Of a stretch of DNA of 43,843 nt, positions 25,812-32,726 are shown one piece after another; position 1 is the first letter of the stretch, and each line of letters starts with the position of its first letter. The stretch lies in IMG/VR virus record IMGVR_UViG_3300008255_000200, positions 1 to 43,843 of that record. The stretch is one strand, 5' to 3'. The notes beneath the pieces are model-generated. The model saw only the letters and a list, made by a program, of their open reading frames with translations. It had not been told where the DNA came from and searched no databases. The stretch comes from a virus. Taxonomy: Duplodnaviria > Caudoviricetes. The position numbers and the translations under genes were made by a program.

Positions 25812-25986
25812 CGTGGATCTCCACCGCTGCGGGCACCCAGCTCGGGCGCGCCTCGTCGTCCAGCACCAGCCAGTAGCCGCCCCCCTCCACGCGCCGGGCG
25901 TGAGCCCGGGCGCGAAGGGCGAGGCGCACGCGCAGGGCAAGCGAGCGCCGAGGGCGCGTCCGCCGCGCGGTCCACACGCGGATCAC
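25804..25986 (-). CDS. Small basic hypothetical protein
   Basis: GTGA overlap; fills the gap in the operon. Confidence 0.5.
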   Translation of the reverse strand: MIRVWTARRTRPRRSLALRVRLALRARAHARRVEGGGYWLVLDDEARPSWVPAAVEIHDG

Positions 25987-26453
25987 GACTGCGCCTCGGC
26001 GAGCCGGATGAGCGCCGCCCGTAGCTCGCGCGCGGCCGCGACGAGCGCCGGCGCCGCGGCTTCGATCACGGGAAGCGTCACCCGCCCGTCCGCCGGGTTC
26101 ACGATGAGGTAGCCCTGCCGGTCGATCGCGACCGCGAACGAAGTCCCGTCGTCGAGCACGCAGAAGAGGACGTTGTGCGACTCGGCCGCGGACCGAGCGC
26201 GGCGCACACGCGCCTCCCGCTCCCGGCGCTCCCGGCTCCGAGCCGCCTCCCGCTCCAGGCGAGTCGGGCCCCACGGGCCCTCCTCGCGGTGGGTGCTGTT
26301 CGCGTTGACGAGCCGCTCAGAGCCGCACGTCTCGCAGACCTCGAGCAGGCACACGTTGCCGTGGGCGGCGCGCACCTCGTCGCGCGCCACGGGACCCGCG
26401 TAGGGCCGCGGGGCGCCCGTACTCGTCGCCTCGTGGCCGCAGCGCGCGCTCAC
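25983..26453 (-). CDS. Hypothetical protein (CETC motif)
   Basis: GGAGG-like RBS (GAGGTG) and overlaps on both sides. Confidence 0.7.
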   Translation of the reverse strand: MSARCGHEATSTGAPRPYAGPVARDEVRAAHGNVCLLEVCETCGSERLVNANSTHREEGPWGPTRLEREAARSRERREREARVRRARSAAESHNVLFCVLDDGTSFAVAIDRQGYLIVNPADGRVTLPVIEAAAPALVAAARELRAALIRLAEAQS

Positions 26454-26677
26454 TGGACCACCTCGGCAAGCTCGGCCACGAGCGGCGCCAGCGCCTCACG
26501 CGTCGCGCGCACGACCCCCGCCTCGAGCTCGGCGAGGTCGGGCAGCCGCGCCTGGTTCTCGAGCTCCCAGAGGTGGAACCGGAGCCGGTAGAGCTCGAGC
26601 CGGGTGTAGCCCTCCACCGATTGGCGGAACGACCGCAGGGCGCGGACGACGAGCGGGCTGAGCTCGGGAGCGGGCAT
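26450..26677 (-). CDS. First gene of the leftward accessory operon, hypothetical
   Basis: GGAGG RBS before ATG 26677; lies downstream of a sigma70-like promoter. Confidence 0.65.
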   Translation of the reverse strand: MPAPELSPLVVRALRSFRQSVEGYTRLELYRLRFHLWELENQARLPDLAELEAGVVRATREALAPLVAELAEVVQ

Positions 26678-26730
26678 GGGAAGCCTCCGGGAGCTGGGGA
26701 GCGGGCGCACGGGCGGGCCCACCCCGGTTG

Positions 26731-26780
26731 GTGTCAGACAGACGTAGTGGGAGTGTAGGACAATGCGAGCCGCGGCGCAA
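26731..26780 (-). promoter_or_regulatory. Sigma70-like promoter with a downstream operator-like box
   Basis: TTGCGC-N17-TACACT (26780-26752); GTGTCAGACAGAC at 26731-26743. Confidence 0.6.
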
Positions 26781-27435
26781 GCCGAAATCGTAGGCGACCG
26801 CAGCGGCGATCCCTGGGCCCCGCGCGCTCGCCCCCGGGGTTGGGTGTCTTGTGGGGAGAAATGGGGGCAGATGGGGTGCTTTTGGGGTAGTTCGAGGCGC
26901 GCAAGTGTGCGCTCGGCGGGCACTTGAGCCCGAGGGTCCCGAGGGCATCGAGGGCCGGGCGCGTATGCGCACGACGCGCCCGTTCCGCGTGGTTGAGCCG
27001 ATCGGAGCGTGCGTAGCGCGCGGGGCGGGCCGGAGGCGTGCTCGGGGAGGCGTGCGTGCGTGGGTGAGACGCGCTCCGGCGCGAGCTCGGGCACCAGGCC
27101 GGGGGTGGGGGTGCGGGCCTCGCGCCCGGCCAGACTTAGTCTACCCCTCCCCCCAGATTTTCCGGCAAGCCCATGCCAACCGGGAAGAATCTCATGCTAT
27201 GCTGAAGGCGCCGGTACCAGGGGTGGCGGCCGCTACCCTCCATGAGCTCTGGGGCAAAGCCTGGTCCGGCACCACCTACCCGCGTGGAGCGGGGCGTTGA
27301 AGCGGCCCCTCGCGAACAAGAGGGGGTTGTGGAGCCCCGACTCCGGCGAGTGTCCCGGGAGGGCTGGCAGCCCGGCCTCGGGCGTCGCGGTGTGCCAGGG
27401 CAAGGCTCACCGCCCACCGGGCTGCCACCTCCCAC

Positions 27436-27460
27436 CCTCCCCTCCCCTCCCCTCCCCTCC
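27436..27460. repeat. (CCCCT)n short tandem repeat
   Basis: ccctcccctcccctcccctccc, seen directly. Confidence 0.75.
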
Positions 27461-27517
27461 CGTCGTGCAGGACCTCAGGCGACGCTTTGCTCTGAGCTCG
27501 AGCAGACGTCTACGTGC

Positions 27518-28003
27518 TCAGAACAGCGGCCGTTCGCACGAGGGGCAGGCGGGCCTGAGGAAGGCGTCGCCCCCGGTGGGAACGCCGTTCGGAGATGGTC
27601 CGGTGTAGCCGCAGGCGTGGCACTCGATCCAGGCCTTGAGGACGCTGGATCTGTTCTCGACGTTGGCGGCGATCAGGGTGCCTCCGTCCCACTTCCGCCA
27701 GGTCAGAGGCGGTCCGTACTTCCCAACGTGCAGGGTGACGGGCATGTCGTCGTGGGGGCGGGGCAGGCGGCCGACGAAGTTGCCGACGCGACCCTTCGGG
27801 AGGAAGTAGAGGATGGTGTTGTCGTGGGGCTCGATCGGGATCTCGGGGAGGCTTCCTGGGTCGTCGTAGCTGCCGTCGTCCCGTGGGCTGGGGTATCGGT
27901 GACCCTTCAGCGACTGCGCGAGGACCTTGCAGCGTCGATCCCAGCTCGGACGTAGAGGACCGTCGTAGCAGACGGTTACGGGGATCAGGACGGTGTTTTC
28001 CAC
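27518..28003 (-). CDS. Hypothetical protein with C-terminal zinc ribbon
   Basis: 161 aa with normal amino-acid composition; CHAC...CPSC; GGAG before GTG. Confidence 0.65.
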   Translation of the reverse strand: MENTVLIPVTVCYDGPLRPSWDRRCKVLAQSLKGHRYPSPRDDGSYDDPGSLPEIPIEPHDNTILYFLPKGRVGNFVGRLPRPHDDMPVTLHVGKYGPPLTWRKWDGGTLIAANVENRSSVLKAWIECHACGYTGPSPNGVPTGGDAFLRPACPSCERPLF

Positions 28004-28261
28004 AGGTTCTCCACAGGCGGCCTCCTCGATGTGGAAAAGTCCCAGCGAGGGGTCTGACGAACATCAGACCCCGCACTGGAAGATTGCTCAAGGATTCTTG
28101 GAGAGCTTCGACCGGCGGATCGCCGCACGAGCTCGTCGGCTGCCGGGGTGAGAGGCCCGCCGATCTCGCACGGCGCTCCGCCTTCGTTCGGGCGGTAGGC
28201 ACAGCGGTCCCCTCCCCTCCTGAAGGTTCCCCTCCCGCCGGCGCGGCGGGGGTGTGGAAAA
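27996..28261. promoter_or_regulatory. Cluster of DnaA-box-like 9-mers (candidate replication origin)
   Basis: TTTTCCACA 27996-28004; TTCTCCACA 28007-28015; inverted TGTGGAAAA at 28030-28038 and 28253-28261. Consensus is TT(A/T)TNCACA. Confidence 0.55.
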
Positions 28262-28605
28262 CCCTCCAAGCGCGGGTGCTTCCCCCGCGCCCCTGGTCGG
28301 CGGCGACGCCCACTGCGGTCCCCTGGTTCAGGGGAGCCGGCGCGCCAGCCAGACCGGACGCACGATGATCCCGGGGCGGCTGGGGCCCTCGAGCCCCCGG
28401 CCGTTGGTGTGCTGCTTGGCGAGGTGGATTGACACCCGGCGCTCCCCGACCCTTCGTGGTCCCCTCCGGGCCTTCACCCGGTCCCAAACAGCGATGGGCC
28501 TCCCCGGCCGTCGCGTCGGAAGGTTGTCGGGGACCAGATGACCACGGAGGCAGGGACCTCATCAAGCCTGGTAAGAAGTTAGGGTCTTCTCGCGGTCCAG
28601 GACGG
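28040..28605. ncRNA. Candidate large structured non-coding RNA or structured DNA element
   Basis: No credible ORF; at least six stems plus one crossing pairing (see findings). No family recognised. Confidence 0.35.
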
Positions 28606-28645
28606 CGCGCTCGGCCGGGGCTGCAGGTGCGGCTGCGGTGGCATG

Positions 28646-29278
28646 TCAGTCCTCCACGTCGGGGAGCCACGAGCCCTCCAGCTCGATGTCGACGGCATCG
28701 TTCTCGTCGACGATGGCGTCGAGCTCCTCCAGCGTGAGGAGGTGGCGGTCGGGAACCTCGGCGAGCGGGTGAGCCGTCGCGGGTCGACGCGCGACGATCT
28801 CGTGGTAGCGGTCCAGCCGCGGGTTCACGGTCGGGTCGGCGCGGAGGGCGATCTCGAGCTTCTCACCGGGATCGAGGGCGTGGTACTCGGCGCGGACCTG
28901 GCTCACGGCACCGTTGAGGCGGGCGACCTCGACGTCGTGGCGCGCGGCCGCAGCCTGCTCGGCGGTGATGCCGGCGTCCTCGTCGGCTTCCCAGGGCAGG
29001 ACGACGCCCGCGGGCTGCACCAGCATCCCGGCGGTGTCTTCGGCCTCGGGGCCGGCCATCCACTCCGTCGGCATGAGAGCCTCGATCTCGGGGCGCGTCG
29101 CCTCCTGGAGCGAGGTTGGCGCCTTCGCGTAGCGCAGCATCTCGGGCGTCATGCGGGGGCGGTCGTCCCGCAAGGCGATGGCGTCGTCGGGGAGCTCCTC
29201 GAAGCCGAGGAGGAGCTCGTCCTCGACGGGAACCTCGATCGGCTCGCGCTCGCGCTGGATCTCGTGCTCCATGGTCAC
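28646..29278 (-). CDS. Acidic hypothetical protein
   Basis: 210 aa; GTGA overlap; phage-typical codons. Confidence 0.75.
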   Translation of the reverse strand: MTMEHEIQREREPIEVPVEDELLLGFEELPDDAIALRDDRPRMTPEMLRYAKAPTSLQEATRPEIEALMPTEWMAGPEAEDTAGMLVQPAGVVLPWEADEDAGITAEQAAAARHDVEVARLNGAVSQVRAEYHALDPGEKLEIALRADPTVNPRLDRYHEIVARRPATAHPLAEVPDRHLLTLEELDAIVDENDAVDIELEGSWLPDVED

Positions 29279-29628
29279 CTCGGCGGGGTGTAGCCGGGAT
29301 CTCCCGGCAGGATGAGCCTGGAAACCGGCTTCTTGAACGGCTTCGCCTTCCTCGCGAAGCCGAAGCGTGTGACCACCTCCGAGAGCATGGTCTTGATCTC
29401 GACCTGCTCCTTGATCGTCTCGCGCCCGAAGGCGTCGTCGTCTGTGAGGCGAGCGAGCGCGACGATCTCGTCACTCAGCTCGAGCGCGCGCCTGACCATC
29501 TGCTGGACCTGGGCGGGCGTCTCGAGGCAGTCTTCGAGCACCGCAACCTGGCGGGCCTGCAACGCGCGCAGGCGGCGGATCTCATCGTTGAGCTTCGCCT
29601 GCCCCTCGTTCTCGAGGTCATCCATCAT
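29275..29628 (-). CDS. Helical hypothetical protein
   Basis: ATG 29628 overlaps the upstream stop (ATGA). Confidence 0.7.
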   Translation of the reverse strand: MMDDLENEGQAKLNDEIRRLRALQARQVAVLEDCLETPAQVQQMVRRALELSDEIVALARLTDDDAFGRETIKEQVEIKTMLSEVVTRFGFARKAKPFKKPVSRLILPGDPGYTPPR

Positions 29629-29972
29629 GCGACACCACAGGGACCGTCGTGGTCGTGGTAGCAAACGGCCGCGGTGCCGGGCTCGCCGCAGTTGCAGCCG
29701 TGCACGCGGTGATGCTGGTAGACGAAGCCGACGTCGCCGTGGGCATCCGGCGTCGGGAGAGCCTGGAACAGCTGCATGTGCAGGAAGCTGGCGTCCTCGA
29801 CGTGCATGAAGATGCACGGCCGCCGGGCCCCCATGACCGGGAGACCGAGGACCCCAGGCGACTGAACGAACCGCTTCTCCCCCTCCTTCCAGAACCTGGC
29901 CAGCATGTCCTTGACCTCGAGTTCGAGGACCCCAGGGTCGTCAAATCTCAGGACGCAGTGCGTGTAGCCCAC
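29625..29972 (-). CDS. Hypothetical protein with His/Cys-rich C-terminus
   Basis: GGGGAG RBS before GTG; HHRVHGCNC...CYHDHDGPC. Confidence 0.65.
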   Translation of the reverse strand: MGYTHCVLRFDDPGVLELEVKDMLARFWKEGEKRFVQSPGVLGLPVMGARRPCIFMHVEDASFLHMQLFQALPTPDAHGDVGFVYQHHRVHGCNCGEPGTAAVCYHDHDGPCGVA

Positions 29973-30000
29973 CGGCTGTGCTCCCCGCCTTCGGTTGTTG

Positions 30001-30107
30001 GGCGGAGCCCCGGGGCGCTCGAAGCGGTTCGACGCTACCGGCCGGATCGCGAGGCCCTTGTCCCGTCCCCCGGGGCTCCGCTGTCAGCGTAGCACAGAGG
30101 TATGACA
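30001..30107 (-). promoter_or_regulatory. Extended -10 promoter followed by a structured 5' leader
   Basis: TG-C-TACGCT (30094-30086) flanked by TGTCA (30082-30086) and TGACA (30103-30107); 14-bp stem 30002-30015/30068-30081. Confidence 0.5.
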
Positions 30108-30293
30108 AGCGAGGTACAGAAGAGTGGGGGAAGGTGGGGGAGGGGCCCGTGCAGGTTTCGGCCTCTGCACGGGTAACGGGTTGGGCCGGGCCGGGGAAGT
30201 CGGTGAAGCCGAAACGGTTGGGGAGGACCAGCCGACTACTGGGACCACTTATACTACCGCAGTCCGACAACCACAAGACAGGGAAGGTCACGC

Positions 30294-30554
30294 ATGAGCG
30301 AAGCACAGACGCCGGCGGCGATAGGGCCTCGGATGATGGCGGTGTGGCGGGCCCTCACGGAGTACGTCTCCAATCGGAACGCCGTCCCGAACCACATCGT
30401 CGTCCCTGACATCGTCCACCAGGAGCTGCTCGTGGAGCTCGCGTCGTCCCTCGAGGCGCGACGGCACCTCGAACGCGGCGAGCCGCTCAAGATCGGCGGC
30501 GTCGAGGTGATCCCGGCGCGCGCCGAGGTCCGGGGGATCACGGTCGGTCGCTGA
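30294..30554 (+). CDS. Small hypothetical protein upstream of terminase
   Basis: GGAAGG RBS; TGATG overlap with terL. Confidence 0.7.
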   Translation: MSEAQTPAAIGPRMMAVWRALTEYVSNRNAVPNHIVVPDIVHQELLVELASSLEARRHLERGEPLKIGGVEVIPARAEVRGITVGR

Positions 30555-32461
30555 TGGGCGAGTTCGAGCTCGACCAGTACCTCAACGGAGACGACTACCA
30601 GGAGCTGCGACGGCAGGCCCGCGGCAGCTTCTGGATCTTCGCGTCCAAGGTGATCGGAAACGAGGCCTACGACGCCGCGTTTCACCGGCTGCTCTGCGCC
30701 ATCTACGAGCACGAGCAGCCGGGGTGCCCGTCCTACCCTCCCGGGGACTATTACTACCCCACGCGCTCCGAGTTGGTGGAGGCGGCCGAGGTCGACTTCT
30801 TCACCGACCGGTGGCGGATCTCGTACCCCTGCGCGCACGACACCTGGAAGCCGCCGGCGGACAAGGAGGTCCTGAACCTCACGTCTCGGCTACGCCGCGA
30901 CCCGACCAGCCTGGACGGGAGCTTCATCGGGGTCTTCGTCCGGATCACGATGAAGGCCGACTTGAAGGTCTTCCTCGTGCCGCGCGCCCACCTCAAGAGC
31001 ACGCTGCTGACGCGCGACTCCACGATGTGGGACTTTGCGCGCAACCAGAGCGACATCATCGGGCTCATCATGAACAGCGGCGACAACGTGAAGCTCCAGG
31101 TGAGCGGCATGAAGTCGCAGATCACGCACAACGAGCGCCTGCAGCGCACGTTTCCCACGATGATCCCCGACTACCTCATGAACGTCGGCTCCCGCGACCG
31201 AGCGGTGAAGAAGCGGGACAACCCGCTGCGCTGGCAGCAGAAGATGTTCGACGTCCCGATCAACGAGGAGGAGCGGCTCGGGATCTTCCGGGAGCGCGTT
31301 GAGGCGTCGCTCGTGGGCATCGGGATCACGGCGCGGCTGGTCTCCCAGCACTACCGTCGGATCAAGTACGACGACATCTGCGACGACAAGAACACCAAGA
31401 CCCCCGAGGGGATCCAGAAGACGATCCTCGACTTCCAGGCGATCGAGAGCCTCGGGATCGGCGACATCACCGTGAAGACGCTCGTCGGGACGCCGTGGAG
31501 CTACGGCGACGTCCACATGTGGCTCTTGGATCCGAAGCTCAGCGGCTACGACAACCTCACAACCGTCATCGCTACGGTCCATGGGACGGACGGCGAACCG
31601 TTCTACCCGAAGAAGTTCACGGTGAAGAACCACCCGGGCTTCACGCGACGGCGCATCCAGCAGCTGAAGAGTCGATCCAAGACCGCGCACCTGTTCAGCT
31701 CCCAGTACCTAATGCAGCCCGTCGACTCGAGCCGGCAGAGCTTCAAGCCGGGATGGTGGAAGTTCTTCGACCCGACGATGACACCGTGGCGAAAGAGGCC
31801 CTACACGACCGTCATCACACTCGACCCGGCGATCAGCGAGAAGCGCCAGGGCGACTACTCCGCCTTCATCGTGGCGCACATCACCGACCAGGGCTTCTGG
31901 TACGTGGTCGAGATCCAGCACCACCGGGGCCTCGGCACGCACGGTCTGCTCGACGTGATCTTCGAGCTCAACGACCAGCACCAGCCCCACGCGTTCGGGA
32001 TCGAGGGGATCGCGTTCCAGAAGACGATCCGCGACGCGGTCTACGACCGCGCCGTCACGAAGCGCCTCGCGATTCCGCCGATCGTCGACGTCTACAGCTC
32101 GCACACGACCGACACGTCGAAGGAGTTCCGGATCAAGCGCATCGCCCCGCGCGTCGAGCAGGGCATGGTCATGCTCCCGGTCGGAGACGCAGCCTTGCCG
32201 TGGGACATGAAGTGGCAGCGGAGCGTGCTGCCCGAAGCCTTCCAGGTTCTCGTCTCTCAGGGTGAGCGGTTCCCGCGCGTGACCAACGACGACATCCTCG
32301 ACGCGATGAGCATGGTCCTCGACGTCAACCTGGTTCCGGTCTCCGACACCGATGTGGTTGGGGAGTCGTTCGCCGAGCGAAACCTCCGTGAGACCCGGGA
32401 AAGTTCCGGGGCGGAGACCTGGCAGGTAGGATACGACGACGACATGGGAACGGATTGGTGA
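30554..32461 (+). CDS. terL: Terminase large subunit
   Basis: Walker A variant LVPRAHLKST, Walker B IKYDD, coupling motif VGTPW, FSSQYL, nuclease motifs LDPA, GDYSA, GIE and NDDILDA. Confidence 0.92.
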   Translation: MGEFELDQYLNGDDYQELRRQARGSFWIFASKVIGNEAYDAAFHRLLCAIYEHEQPGCPSYPPGDYYYPTRSELVEAAEVDFFTDRWRISYPCAHDTWKPPADKEVLNLTSRLRRDPTSLDGSFIGVFVRITMKADLKVFLVPRAHLKSTLLTRDSTMWDFARNQSDIIGLIMNSGDNVKLQVSGMKSQITHNERLQRTFPTMIPDYLMNVGSRDRAVKKRDNPLRWQQKMFDVPINEEERLGIFRERVEASLVGIGITARLVSQHYRRIKYDDICDDKNTKTPEGIQKTILDFQAIESLGIGDITVKTLVGTPWSYGDVHMWLLDPKLSGYDNLTTVIATVHGTDGEPFYPKKFTVKNHPGFTRRRIQQLKSRSKTAHLFSSQYLMQPVDSSRQSFKPGWWKFFDPTMTPWRKRPYTTVITLDPAISEKRQGDYSAFIVAHITDQGFWYVVEIQHHRGLGTHGLLDVIFELNDQHQPHAFGIEGIAFQKTIRDAVYDRAVTKRLAIPPIVDVYSSHTTDTSKEFRIKRIAPRVEQGMVMLPVGDAALPWDMKWQRSVLPEAFQVLVSQGERFPRVTNDDILDAMSMVLDVNLVPVSDTDVVGESFAERNLRETRESSGAETWQVGYDDDMGTDW

Positions 32462-32474
32462 GGGGAGACCGCTC

Positions 32475-32726
32475 TTGAGCGAGGACCGGGCTCTGCTGCT
32501 GGAGATCCAGCGCGACCTGGCGGAGGTCCGCCGCATGGTCAACCAGGTGCGCAACGACCTGGACGTGCTCATGCGCCTAGAGCGTCCGGAAACGATCGAC
32601 GACCTCCCGCCGGAGGTGCGCGCGCTCATGAACAAGAAGGGCACCTTCGACGTGATCGAGCTCGACGACGACGAGCTCTACGAACGTGAGCGCCGCTCTC
32701 TCGAGCGGGGAGGCGTAGGCGCATGA
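32475..32726 (+). CDS. Small hypothetical protein
   Basis: GGGGAG RBS, TTG start; ATGA overlap with portal. Confidence 0.65.
   Translation: MSEDRALLLEIQRDLAEVRRMVNQVRNDLDVLMRLERPETIDDLPPEVRALMNKKGTFDVIELDDDELYERERRSLERGGVGA

Noticed and set aside
27510-28670. 386-aa minus-strand ORF as a possible replication initiator
   Set aside because: Pro/Arg/Gly-rich with no HTH or other motif, and it overlaps the better ORF 27518-28003.
30016-30040. GGTTCGA resembling a tRNA T-loop
   Set aside because: No cloverleaf, D-arm or anticodon arm; kept only as part of the leader structure.
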